NCBI GenBank assembly: GCA_947627875.1
Contig: CANQXS010000008.1
Span: 18,680 to 82,679, forward strand
Origin: an uncultured Clostridia bacterium
GTDB lineage: Bacteria; Bacillota; Clostridia; Oscillospirales; Ruminococcaceae
DNA: 64,000 nt
Direction of reading: 5' to 3'
Shown here: positions 53,931-62,687 of the stretch, one piece after another
How the letters are laid out: every line of letters starts with the position of its first letter
How positions within the stretch are numbered: the first letter of the stretch is position 1
The notes under the pieces: generated by a model
Database searches by the model: none
Seen by the model: the letters and a program-made list of their open reading frames with translations, nothing else
What the model was told of the DNA's origin: nothing
Position numbers and translations under genes: made by a program

Positions 53931-54077
53931 CGGCGCCGGGATTCGGTTCAAATTGTCAGAGCACACAATAAATCTTGAACGCCGCCCCGATTTCCCCGTT
54001 TTTGTTCAAGACAGTCACTCAAAACCGTGTTATAATAGGTTTACGAACCGCGGTTTAAACTTTTGTGAGGTGATAAC

Positions 54078-55259
54078 ATGGAAAACACGGAGATAATCAA
54101 CAAAGCGGGCGAGTATGCCAAGCGGTGCTGCTGCTCGCCCGATATTTCGGTCTCGGAGGTCGCCGAGAACGCCGGCTTTTCGCTCGACTATTTCAGCCGT
54201 ATCTTTCTTGCGCATACCGGCTTCACGGTATCGGGATATATCAATTATCAGCGGCTTAAAAAGGCAGCTGTCCGCCTGCGCATGACTAACGACAGCATTC
54301 TTGAAACGGCTTTAAATGTGGGTTTCGAGAGCCACGAGGGCTTTATCAAGGCGTTCAAAAAGCGCTACGGTATGACTCCGAGCGAATACCGGAATAAGAA
54401 TAAGTCAACAACTCTTAATCTTGCCGACGTTTCCGACAGCTCGGTCGTCTCAAGATTTCTGTACGAAAATCCCGACCTAAAGCCGCTGCCCGACAGCGTG
54501 TGGGACGACCTTTTGGAGCGCGATTTCAAGCTTTATGCGTATCTTTTTGAGTGCGCCGCCGCCCAGGGCGTAAGGCTCGCGGAATACTCCGACGGCGAGG
54601 ATAAGGCGCTTCTTTATCTTTTTGACGACCTCAGCGGAACGCTGCCCGTAAACATAATAAGCGATAAGCCCGACACGGCCGTTAAGCTGATAAAGCGCTT
54701 TTTAGAGAACTTCCCGAATACCGCGCTGACGTCGGCGCTGAGCCCCGACGGGATGAAAAGCGCTTTTGAACGCGCCGGACTTACACCGACCCACGTCCGC
54801 GTAATATCTCACTACTGCGGTGAAAAGCCGAAGTACAGTCTGCCCGAAGGAATAACTGTCAAACGCCTTTGCCAAGCCGATATTCCGGAAATCGAGAAGG
54901 TCGAAGATAAACTGCCGAGGGGCTATGCGCGCCACCTGACAAGCCCCTGCGACTACGCCGACCCGAACGTTTTGGAGTACGGGGTGTTTAAAAACGGCGG
55001 GATCATAATGATCGCGGGCTGCGGTCTGTCCGACCGCTCGGGAACGGTCATCAACGACAGCATCACATATTATCTCACGGCGGAAAAGCCGGACAACAAT
55101 CTTTTCCGTCAGGTTTTCGCGGCGGTCGTCGCCGACGTTATAGACCTCGGCGCGGTGCCCTATGACGACAATCAGTACGGAAAATACGCCGAGAACCACG
55201 GCGGCTTTACGGCGCTCGATATGGGCTTCGAGCCGGTGGGGTATGTCTATAGGTTTTGA
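54078..55259 (+). CDS. AraC-family transcriptional regulator with an uncharacterised C-terminal domain
   Basis: 393-aa ORF. The N-terminal AraC HTH pair is SVSEVAENAGFSLDYFSRIF...GFESHEGFIKAFKKRYGMTPSEYR. Confidence 0.8.
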   Translation: MENTEIINKAGEYAKRCCCSPDISVSEVAENAGFSLDYFSRIFLAHTGFTVSGYINYQRLKKAAVRLRMTNDSILETALNVGFESHEGFIKAFKKRYGMTPSEYRNKNKSTTLNLADVSDSSVVSRFLYENPDLKPLPDSVWDDLLERDFKLYAYLFECAAAQGVRLAEYSDGEDKALLYLFDDLSGTLPVNIISDKPDTAVKLIKRFLENFPNTALTSALSPDGMKSAFERAGLTPTHVRVISHYCGEKPKYSLPEGITVKRLCQADIPEIEKVEDKLPRGYARHLTSPCDYADPNVLEYGVFKNGGIIMIAGCGLSDRSGTVINDSITYYLTAEKPDNNLFRQVFAAVVADVIDLGAVPYDDNQYGKYAENHGGFTALDMGFEPVGYVYRF

Positions 55260-55342
55260 TTTACTGCCCCGATGAAATGCACAAAAAACCGCTCTCAGGC
55301 GCTTTGCCCGTGGGCGGTTTTTCTTGAGAGGAGTTCAATCGG

Positions 55343-55466
55343 CAGCAGCCGCTCCGAGGGCGAAGCCCGAGCCGCCCGCAGGGCGGCTGCCCTGCGCGGC
55401 GAAGCCGCGCGGGGACCGCGCGAAGCGCGGCGGGCTTCGCCGCACCAAGGCGCAGATACGCTGCTG
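55343..55466. other. GC-rich nested-palindrome element that folds as a four-way junction with three triloop hairpins
   Basis: Outer helix 55343-49/55460-66 (7 bp). Inner helix 55359-69/55431-41 (11 bp). Hairpins at 55370-88 (8 bp, loop GCA), 55394-410 (7 bp, loop GAA) and 55416-30 (6 bp, loop GAA). All pairs are Watson-Crick. Confidence 0.6.
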
Positions 55467-55579
55467 AAACCTTTAGCTCGCGCTCTCCTCCCCGTATGCC
55501 CTGCATAGCGCCGCATTGGTCCTCGATTTTCCGAACGGCGAGCGGGGCAAATAAAAGCCGTCTTTCAAATCTATCTCCC

Positions 55580-55608
55580 TTGACTTCCTCCCAGCAATGG
55601 TGTAAAAT
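55580..55608 (+). promoter_or_regulatory. Sigma-A-type promoter (TTGACT-17 nt-TAAAAT) for rsmE
   Basis: Read directly: TTGACT TCCTCCCAGCAATGGTG TAAAAT. Confidence 0.5.
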
Positions 55609-55629
55609 CGTAAAAAAGGAGTGGTGAAA

Positions 55630-56349
55630 ATGCCGAGATTCTTTGCCTCAGAGCCGCCGGAAAACGGCGCGTTCATTATCGCCGGCGACGACGCGCGCCA
55701 TATCGGCAGGAGCTTGAGAATGGCTGTCGGCGAGGAGATAACCGTATGCTTTGAGCGCCGCGACTATATCTGCCGCCTCGAAAAAATCGGCGGCGATTCG
55801 GCGGTCGCAAAAATCCTCTCGGAGGAGCCCTCGAAGGAGCCTACGGTCGCGCTCACGCTCTATCAGGCGCTCCCGAAAGCCGACAAGCTCGAGCTCATAA
55901 TCCAAAAAGCGGTAGAGCTCGGCGCGGTGAAGATAGTACCCGTGATGACCCGCCGCTGCGTAGCAAGGCCGGAGGGCGCGCAGTTTTCAAAAAAGCTCGA
56001 CCGCCTCGGCAGGATAGCCGCCGAAGCCGCAAAACAGTCTGGTCGCGGAATTATCCCCGAGGTTTCGGGAATAATATCCTTTGAAGAATGCCTCGAAAAT
56101 ATCAAAAACCTCGATCTGGGCATAATATGCTACGAAAAGGGCGGAAAGCGCCTTAACGAGCTGAGTTATCCGGACGGCGGAAGCGTCGGAGTTATAGTCG
56201 GTTCCGAGGGCGGATTCGAGCCCTATGAAGCCGAAAAGGCGCGGGAATCGGGCGTTACGCCGGTCTGGCTCGGCGACAGGATACTTCGCTGCGAGACCGC
56301 TCCCCTCGCCGCGATATCGATAATTATGAATATTACGGGAAATATGTAA
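55630..56349 (+). CDS. rsmE: 16S rRNA (uracil1498-N3)-methyltransferase
   Basis: MPRFFASE..., LYQALPKADKLELIIQKAVELG and GSEGGF are present. ATG at 55630 follows AAGGAG. Confidence 0.88.
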   Translation: MPRFFASEPPENGAFIIAGDDARHIGRSLRMAVGEEITVCFERRDYICRLEKIGGDSAVAKILSEEPSKEPTVALTLYQALPKADKLELIIQKAVELGAVKIVPVMTRRCVARPEGAQFSKKLDRLGRIAAEAAKQSGRGIIPEVSGIISFEECLENIKNLDLGIICYEKGGKRLNELSYPDGGSVGVIVGSEGGFEPYEAEKARESGVTPVWLGDRILRCETAPLAAISIIMNITGNM

Positions 56350-56417
56350 ATAAATACTTGCATTATTTCGGATAACGTGATATAATATTATAAAATATTG
56401 CGAAAGGATCTGACATT

Positions 56418-56963
56418 ATGGGAAATTTTCTTAAAGTAATTCTTGGTCTCGGCGCCGCTGCCGCCGCAGCCGCTCTTGCCGTATCGCTCGCGAAAAAGCA
56501 CAGCGAAGAAGACGAATGCACCTGCGACGAATGCTGCGAAGACGAGGAGCCCGCAGAGACCCTCGAAGAGACGTCCGAAGATATCGGCGAGGAAGCCGAC
56601 GAAGAAGACGTTGCCGAAGAAGATGAAAGCGAAGAAGAAGACGATGACGATGCCGGAGTTGAAATAAACGTAAACGAAACTCTTAAGGAGTCGGTAAACA
56701 ATATCATCAACGGCGTTATGGGCGGAGTTGTCGTCGCCTCAGACAAGGTCTCGGAGCTCGCCGGAAGGTTCGCCGACTTTATGGCGGATAAGCTCGCCGA
56801 AAGGAACACCGCCGCATTCGACGAAGACCTCGACATCGGCGGAGATTTTGAGGATTTCGCCGACGACGCAGTCGAAGCGGTTGAAGACGTCGCCGAAGAT
56901 GTTGCCGACGCGGTAGAAGACGCCGTAGAAGACATCAAGGAAGACCTTGGCGGCGAGGATTAA
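56418..56963 (+). CDS. Membrane-anchored, extremely acidic hypothetical protein
   Basis: 181-aa ORF. An N-terminal hydrophobic helix (FLKVILGLGAAAAAAALAVSLA) is followed by Asp/Glu-rich sequence. An RBS and a downstream terminator support the plus strand over the Ser-rich antisense ORF. Confidence 0.55.
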   Translation: MGNFLKVILGLGAAAAAAALAVSLAKKHSEEDECTCDECCEDEEPAETLEETSEDIGEEADEEDVAEEDESEEEDDDDAGVEINVNETLKESVNNIINGVMGGVVVASDKVSELAGRFADFMADKLAERNTAAFDEDLDIGGDFEDFADDAVEAVEDVAEDVADAVEDAVEDIKEDLGGED

Positions 56964-56984
56964 GCCGAAAAGCTGCAAAAGTCA

Positions 56985-57026
56985 TCAAAAAACGGGGAGA
57001 AGCTCTCCCCGTTTTTATTTTTGGTT
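56985..57026. terminator. Bidirectional intrinsic terminator between convergent genes
   Basis: AAAAAA CGGGGAGA agc TCTCCCCG TTTTTATTTTT. Confidence 0.75.
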
Positions 57027-57028
57027 TT

Positions 57029-57757
57029 TCAGTGCCGCTCGTCCCAGTCCTCGTAGCGCTCGCAGAAGCGCGCCGAAAACGCAGGCTCCTCGCCCGCGGC
57101 GTAGAGATGCGATATATCGCCGAAGCTCTGGCAGCGGAACACCGCTATCCCCTGCTCGCGCTCCTCGGTTATCAGCGTTGTGACCGAAGTGGGCGCGGCG
57201 CAGAAATTCTGAGCCAAAATGACCGGCGAGAGCCCCAAAATATGCCCCAAAATCTGGCACTCTATCCCGAAATGGCAGAAGAGCACGACGGTATCGCGGT
57301 TGGGGCTTACGGCGTCGTAATACCTGCCGTTGCGGCGGTAGCCGTGCTTTTCGAGAAGCGCGTCGACCCCGTCGGCGATGATCTTAAAGAGCTCGGGATA
57401 GTTCCCCTCTCGCATAAAATCGAGCTCCTTGAATTTTTCGACGTCATAGAGCCCGTCCACCTTAGTGTAGAACGACGGCATAAAGTCCCAGCAGATCTGG
57501 GTCTCCTCGGCGCCCGGGACCTTTACCTGGCAATAGTAAAACTCGCGGAGCCAATCGAGTATTTCGGCTTCGCGCCCCATTTTTTCAAGGGTAGCCTTGG
57601 CAGTATCCTTTGCGCGCCCGAGGGGTGAGCAGTAAAACGCCTTGACGTCGAGCTTGGATATCCGCTCGCTCAGAAGCTCGGCTTCGCGCCAGCCCTTTTC
57701 GGTGAGGGAGTCGATGGAGTAATCGGGGTCGCCGTGGCGTATGATAAGCAGTCGCAT
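57029..57757 (-). CDS. Histidine phosphatase (phosphoglycerate-mutase-like) family protein
   Basis: The start is taken at MRLLIIRHGDPDYS (RHG motif) after GGAGGA RBS. Confidence 0.8.
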   Translation of the reverse strand: MRLLIIRHGDPDYSIDSLTEKGWREAELLSERISKLDVKAFYCSPLGRAKDTAKATLEKMGREAEILDWLREFYYCQVKVPGAEETQICWDFMPSFYTKVDGLYDVEKFKELDFMREGNYPELFKIIADGVDALLEKHGYRRNGRYYDAVSPNRDTVVLFCHFGIECQILGHILGLSPVILAQNFCAAPTSVTTLITEEREQGIAVFRCQSFGDISHLYAAGEEPAFSARFCERYEDWDERH

Positions 57758-57910
57758 AAAATCGTCCTCCGAGATTTGTTTTTGATATTGTATCACAAAC
57801 CTCGGGAAATTTCAATATGCGGGGAAGGGCGGATCAGGGGGAAAATCAAAAGTTTTCTGCCGAACCGCCGCGGAAGTTCTTTCACGCGCAAGCCCCCTTC
57901 TTCTTAATTC

Positions 57911-57938
57911 ACCTACCCCGCTCCGCCGGCATAATTTG
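57911..57938 (+). promoter_or_regulatory. Possible sigma-K-type promoter upstream of dpaA (AC-17 nt-CATAATTTG)
   Basis: This is a pattern match to AC-N17-CATAnnnTA with one mismatch. spoVF is sigma-K dependent in B. subtilis. Weak evidence. Confidence 0.25.
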
Positions 57939-57975
57939 AAGCATAGAACCTTGGCTTTATTGGAGTGACACATAT

Positions 57976-58812
57976 ATGAAAAAAACACTGCTGGTGATGG
58001 GCGGCGACAGGCGTATGGAATATGCGGGCGAGGCCCTTGCCGACACCTTCGACGTTTATACCTACGGCTTCGCGGGGAGCCCGCCCATATGGGAACTCAG
58101 GCAGACGGATATCCTCGTTCTGCCCTATCTCTCGCTCTCGGGGGAATACCTCAACACCCCGCTGATAAGTCAGAAAATTCCCGCCGTTTCGGCTCTCGAT
58201 ATGCTCAGATACGGCGGCTCGCTCTACGGCGGCGGGCTTTCCGAGAGCTTTCTGACCTACTGCGCCGAGCGCGACGCAAAGGTCCGCGATTTCTTCCTCG
58301 ACGAAGAGCTCACACTCAAAAACGCCGACCTCACCGCCGAAGGCGCCGTCGAAACGGTCCTTCGCGAGACCGACGCAGCGATAAAAGGCTCCGAGGTTAT
58401 GCTCCTCGGCTTCGGAAGGGTCGGAAAAGCCTGCGCGGGGCTTATGTCGGCTCTCGGGGCGTCGGTAACCGTCTCGGCGAGGTCGGAAAAGGCAAGAGCT
58501 GAAGCCCTCGCCCTCGGATACCGCGCCTGCGATCTCTGCGACGGCGATGCGCTCGCGCGCGCAGACACCGTTATAAACACCGTTCCTCAGATAATTCTCG
58601 GAAAAGAAGAGCTAATAAAGCTCAGAAAAGACGCGTTTATCCTCGACCTCGCCTCGAAGCCCTACGGCACCGATTTTGAAGCCGCGAAGGAGCTCGGAAT
58701 AAAGGCGCTTACTGCTCCCGGGCTTCCCGGGAAGACTGCTCCGAAAACGGCGGGACTTATGATTGCGGATATGATAATCCGCTCGGAAAAAGAGGGTGAA
58801 AAAGTTGGATAA
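57976..58812 (+). CDS. dpaA: Dipicolinate synthase subunit A
   Basis: 278-aa ORF with a Rossmann region LLGFGRVGKA. It is paired with dpaB. Confidence 0.85.
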   Translation: MKKTLLVMGGDRRMEYAGEALADTFDVYTYGFAGSPPIWELRQTDILVLPYLSLSGEYLNTPLISQKIPAVSALDMLRYGGSLYGGGLSESFLTYCAERDAKVRDFFLDEELTLKNADLTAEGAVETVLRETDAAIKGSEVMLLGFGRVGKACAGLMSALGASVTVSARSEKARAEALALGYRACDLCDGDALARADTVINTVPQIILGKEELIKLRKDAFILDLASKPYGTDFEAAKELGIKALTAPGLPGKTAPKTAGLMIADMIIRSEKEGEKVG

Positions 58813-59392
58813 GCCGAAAATCGGATACGCTTTCACCGGCTCGTTCTGCACCTTTGCGGAGTCATTCGAGGCGATGCGCGAGCTCGCGGAGGAGGGCTGC
58901 GAGATAACCCCGATAGCCTCGTTCAACGCCTTCGGGCTCTCGACCCGCTTCGGTTCTGCCGAGGAAAACCGCGAAAAAATGCGCTCGATAAGCGGGCGTG
59001 AAATTATCTCGACGATAGAGGGCGCCGAGCCGATAGGTCCGAAAAAGATGTTCGACCTTCTTATTGTCGCGCCCTGCACCTCGAACACCCTTGCAAAGCT
59101 CGCCAACGGCATAAACGACACTCCGGTCACGATGGCGGTCAAAAGCCATCTGAGGAATATGCGCCCCGTTCTTATTGCCGTTTCGACGAACGACGCCCTC
59201 GCCGCCGCCGCGCGAAATATAGGCGCGCTGCAAAACTTCCGCAACTATTTCTTCCTCCCCTACCGCCAGGACGACGTCCTTAAAAAGCCGATGTCGATGG
59301 TCGCAGATTTCGGGCTTATGAAAAAAGCCGCAGAGGCGGCTCTCGCCGGCGAACAGCTCCAGCCGACAGTCCTCGGGGCAAAACCACACTGA
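58796..59392 (+). CDS. dpaB: Dipicolinate synthase subunit B (flavoprotein)
   Basis: KIGYAFTGSFCTF and LIVAPCTSNTLAKLANGI are present. The start may be GTG 58796 or TTG 58805. The gene is uninterrupted. Confidence 0.85.
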   Translation: MKKLDKPKIGYAFTGSFCTFAESFEAMRELAEEGCEITPIASFNAFGLSTRFGSAEENREKMRSISGREIISTIEGAEPIGPKKMFDLLIVAPCTSNTLAKLANGINDTPVTMAVKSHLRNMRPVLIAVSTNDALAAAARNIGALQNFRNYFFLPYRQDDVLKKPMSMVADFGLMKKAAEAALAGEQLQPTVLGAKPH

Positions 59393-59579
59393 AAAAGGCT
59401 GAGCAAAAACCTCTCAGCCTTCCTACCGACAAAAGCTGCACCCTGACCGGCGCGGCTTTTTCGGTTTTTTTCAAAAAATTTCTTAAAAATCGAAAATATC
59501 TCTTTATTTTTTATTTTAAATGTGTTATTATAGAAATATACAACCTTTAGGGCGTCATAAAGAACGGAGGCACAAAATA

Positions 59580-60755
59580 ATGGCTGACTACAAATATCCG
59601 AAGAAGAAAAAGCGCTACAAGATAAAATATAAGAACCTCGCGATCCTGCTCGCGGTCCTTCTGCTGATAATCCTGCTTATATCAAAGGGCTGCTCGGCGA
59701 TTTTCGGCAATAGGGATAAAAAGGACGGCGCGGTCACCACTCCGGCGAGCGGCGATATCTCGACCCCCGATATCCCCGACGACGCGCTCAACGCACCCGT
59801 TGACCCGACGGACCAGCACGCCTATCAGTTCACCTCGATATCCGTTACCGACGCCGACCTCGGCAGCGGCAGCCTCGTTCTGGTGAACAACAACATAAAA
59901 TTCCTCGGCACTGTGACGGACGACGATCTCGACGTTGTGCGCGAGCGCAAGAACGGCGCCTACTCGGTCAAGGACTACAACGTTAAGCTCAAGCCCGTAG
60001 CGATGGACGCCCTCAACAGCATGATGCTCGACTTCTATACCGTTACCGGCAAGGACACCGTTATGGTAAACAGCGGCTTCAGGACCGTTGAATATCAGGA
60101 AGAGCTCTATCAGGAAGAGCTCGAGTCGACCGGGCAGGACAGCTCGACGCTCGTTGCCAAGGGCGGCTACAGCGAGCACCACACCGGTCTCGTAGTCGAC
60201 TTCACCGTTTCGGAGGACGGTCATTACGACCAGTCGCTCATCGGCACCGGCGATTATAAGTGGATAAACGACAACTGCTATAAATACGGCTATGTCAACC
60301 GCTATCCCGCGGGGAAGGAAAGCCTCACCCTTATCGACAACGAGCCCTGGCACTTCCGCTATGTCGGAGTCCCTCACGCGACGGTCATGCACAACTACGA
60401 CTACTGCCTCGAGGAGTATATAAGCTTTGTAAAGAACTATACTATATCGAGCGGATTCTTAAGCGTTACCACCGACGACGGCTCGCGCTATATGATTTAC
60501 TACACTCCCTCTAACGGAGCCGACGGCACTACGATATTCATACCGGTTATGCCCGACGGCGACGGCGACGACAGCAACAACCAGCCCTACCCCTATGAGA
60601 TATCCGGCAATAACGTTGACGGCTGGATAGTTACCTTCCTCTATGAAAAGGGAACCGGCAGTATAAGCCCTCTGCCCGAAGGGACTCCCGACAATACCGT
60701 CGACGCGGATAATACCGGCGACGGCGGCGAGGAAGATCAGGATACACAGGAATAA
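59580..60755 (+). CDS. M15-family D-alanyl-D-alanine carboxypeptidase (VanY-like) with an N-terminal membrane anchor
   Basis: The start is taken at MADYKYPKKKK. SGFRTVEYQ, SEHHTGLVVD and EPWHFRYVG are present. Confidence 0.82.
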   Translation: MADYKYPKKKKRYKIKYKNLAILLAVLLLIILLISKGCSAIFGNRDKKDGAVTTPASGDISTPDIPDDALNAPVDPTDQHAYQFTSISVTDADLGSGSLVLVNNNIKFLGTVTDDDLDVVRERKNGAYSVKDYNVKLKPVAMDALNSMMLDFYTVTGKDTVMVNSGFRTVEYQEELYQEELESTGQDSSTLVAKGGYSEHHTGLVVDFTVSEDGHYDQSLIGTGDYKWINDNCYKYGYVNRYPAGKESLTLIDNEPWHFRYVGVPHATVMHNYDYCLEEYISFVKNYTISSGFLSVTTDDGSRYMIYYTPSNGADGTTIFIPVMPDGDGDDSNNQPYPYEISGNNVDGWIVTFLYEKGTGSISPLPEGTPDNTVDADNTGDGGEEDQDTQE

Positions 60756-60774
60756 ATTATAAAGGAGAAACAAT

Positions 60775-61596
60775 ATGTCTGAATGCACGCACGACTGCTC
60801 GACCTGCTCGGAAAACTGCTCCTCGAGAAACGCCCCGCAGGACTTTCACATCGAGCCGCACGAAATGAGCCACATAAAAAAGGTAATAGGGATAGTGAGC
60901 GGCAAGGGCGGAGTGGGAAAATCGCTCGTGACCTCTATGCTCGCGGTTGAAGCGCAGAGGCGAAACCTCAAAGCCGCTATCCTCGACGCCGATATAACCG
61001 GTCCTTCTATTCCGAAGGCCTTCGGGATAAAGGAAAAGGCAAAATCGACCGGCGACGCGCTTCTTCCCGTCATCACAAAAACGGGTATCAAAATTATGTC
61101 GGTAAACCTGCTTCTTGAAGACGAGACCCAGCCCGTAGTATGGCGCGGTCCCGTTATCGCGGGGGTCGTAAAGCAGTTCTGGAACGAGGTCATCTGGGAC
61201 GACGTAGACTATATGTTCGTCGACATGCCTCCGGGAACCGGCGACGTTCCGCTTACCGTCTTCCAGTCTATAAGGCTCGACGGGATCGTCGTTGTTGTAT
61301 CGCCGCAGGAGCTTGTAGAGATGATAGTCGAAAAAGCCGTTAATATGGCTAAGCTTATGAGCATTCCGATACTCGGAATAGTCGAGAATATGAGTTATTT
61401 TGTCTGCCCCGAATGCGGCGCGAAGCACGAGATATTCGGTCCGAGCAGGGCGGAAGAGACCGCGAAAAGGTTCGGCACCGAGCTTTTGGCGAAGCTCCCC
61501 TTCGACCGCGAGCTTTCAAAGCTCTGCGACTCGGGGCTTATAGAGCTCTACGAAAACCGCGCGCTCGAGCCGGCAGCCGACAGGATTTTTGACTGA
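60775..61596 (+). CDS. Mrp/NBP35 (ApbC-type) iron-sulfur cluster carrier ATPase
   Basis: 273-aa ORF with SGKGGVGKS, DMPPGTGD and CPECG. Confidence 0.88.
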   Translation: MSECTHDCSTCSENCSSRNAPQDFHIEPHEMSHIKKVIGIVSGKGGVGKSLVTSMLAVEAQRRNLKAAILDADITGPSIPKAFGIKEKAKSTGDALLPVITKTGIKIMSVNLLLEDETQPVVWRGPVIAGVVKQFWNEVIWDDVDYMFVDMPPGTGDVPLTVFQSIRLDGIVVVVSPQELVEMIVEKAVNMAKLMSIPILGIVENMSYFVCPECGAKHEIFGPSRAEETAKRFGTELLAKLPFDRELSKLCDSGLIELYENRALEPAADRIFD

Positions 61597-61611
61597 AGAA
61601 AGGACTTTAAA

Positions 61612-61869
61612 ATGAACGAGACCGAATACAGATACGACACACAGCTCCTCATAGAGGGCGAAAACCTCGACGAAGACGAAATCAACGACTACTTCACCGA
61701 AAACTTCAAGGGCGACTGCCTGCTTGCCGTCGGCGACGAGGATCTAATAAAAATTCACTTTCACACCAACGAGCCCTGGAAGGTCCTCGAATACTGCCGC
61801 TCGCTCGGCGAGATTTACGACATCGTAATAGAGGATATGGACAGGCAGAGCCGAGGGCTCCACGGATAA
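61612..61869 (+). CDS. Small protein resembling the middle domain of DAK2-fusion/fatty-acid-kinase (YloV/FakA) proteins
   Basis: 85-aa ORF. GDCLLAVGDEDLIKIHFHTNEPWKVLEY...IEDM recalls the YloV pattern GDSLvVvgd...kvHvHTn.P. It is followed by a terminator. Confidence 0.5.
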   Translation: MNETEYRYDTQLLIEGENLDEDEINDYFTENFKGDCLLAVGDEDLIKIHFHTNEPWKVLEYCRSLGEIYDIVIEDMDRQSRGLHG

Positions 61870-61882
61870 ACAAAACGCTTTT

Positions 61883-61911
61883 GGGGAGAGTGATGAGCTC
61901 TCCCCTTTTTT
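61883..61911 (+). terminator. Intrinsic terminator
   Basis: GGGGAGAG tgatgag CTCTCCCC TTTTTT. Confidence 0.75.
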
Positions 61912-61922
61912 GGGAGGAAAAA

Positions 61923-62147
61923 ATGTATAAAACCGAATTTCTGCCGAAGGAAAAATGGCAGGGCTTTCTGCTGAATATGGACTATCAGACAAGCGAATAT
62001 TACAATATGTCAATATCCGCGAGCGCGGGCGGGTTTGAAATGAAGCTTGAAAAGAAGACCGCCGACCCGCCTATCGTTCACACCTCGGAGGAGTACGATT
62101 TTCCGGACTCGCTCTATCAGCCGCACCGGCAGAGCGGCGGGAGGTAA
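61923..62147 (+). CDS. 74-aa hypothetical ORF, possibly a gene remnant
   Basis: GGGAGGA RBS then ATG at 61923. I recognise no domain. A 75-nt gap precedes the next gene. Confidence 0.35.
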   Translation: MYKTEFLPKEKWQGFLLNMDYQTSEYYNMSISASAGGFEMKLEKKTADPPIVHTSEEYDFPDSLYQPHRQSGGR

Positions 62148-62221
62148 GGCTCGACCTCGGGTGGTTCCCCGAGGAATGGAGAGGCGCGGCAAAAAGGCAC
62201 TGATGAGTTTGAGGTGATGAA

Positions 62222-62626
62222 ATGATAAGATATGCCGATATGCGGGACTTCGAGGTCTTAAAGGAATATGACCGCCATATTTCTGAGCGGGAGCTGAAAA
62301 ATGTCCTGCCCCTGAAAAGAGTTTTGGTCAATTATGAAGCCGATAAATTTATCGGCTGGCTGAGGTTCGGGCTCTTCTGGGACAGTATCCCGTTTATGAA
62401 TATGCTGTATATTCTCGAAGAGCACAGAGGACAGGGGCGAGGGACGGAGCTCGCCGCGTTCTGGGAAGCCGAGATGTCAAGGGCGGGTTACGGTCGGGTT
62501 ATGACCTCGACCCAATCGGACGAGCGGGCGCAGTTCTTTTACCGAAAGCTCGGCTATTGCGAATGCGGAGCGCTCCTGCTCCCGAAGGAGCCGCTCGAAA
62601 TGATCTTTATAAAGGAATTGCGGTGA
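62222..62626 (+). CDS. GNAT-family N-acetyltransferase
   Basis: 134-aa ORF. YILEEHRGQGRGTELAAFWE...FFYRKLGY is the acetyl-CoA binding motif A region. Confidence 0.8.
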   Translation: MIRYADMRDFEVLKEYDRHISERELKNVLPLKRVLVNYEADKFIGWLRFGLFWDSIPFMNMLYILEEHRGQGRGTELAAFWEAEMSRAGYGRVMTSTQSDERAQFFYRKLGYCECGALLLPKEPLEMIFIKELR

Positions 62627-62687
62627 ACAGAGTACATAAAAAAGCTCCCTCATTGAGGGAGCTTTTCTTCGCGTTTTTATGCCTTGA

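Noticed and set aside
55359-55441. Cloverleaf-shaped fold that could suggest a tRNA or tRNA-like gene.
   Set aside because: The loops are 3-nt triloops. There are no D, T or anticodon loop features and no conserved tRNA positions. All stems are perfect palindromes, so the same fold exists on both strands.
55261-55516. Three overlapping Arg/Ala/Gly-rich ORFs on both strands.
   Set aside because: They are produced by the GC-rich nested palindromes at 55343-55466. The mirror-image ORFs on both strands and the low-complexity composition argue against coding.
56399-56411. 13-nt identity TGCGAAAGGATCT shared with the right arm and flank of the inverted site at 15800-15812.
   Set aside because: It is only a half-site with no palindromic partner, and it overlaps the RBS (AAAGGA) of the acidic-protein gene. 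I treat it as coincidence unless a genome-wide site census says otherwise.
56363-56938. 191-aa Ser-rich minus-strand ORF.
   Set aside because: It is the reverse complement of the GAx-rich acidic gene. It lacks an RBS and a terminator, both of which the plus-strand ORF has.
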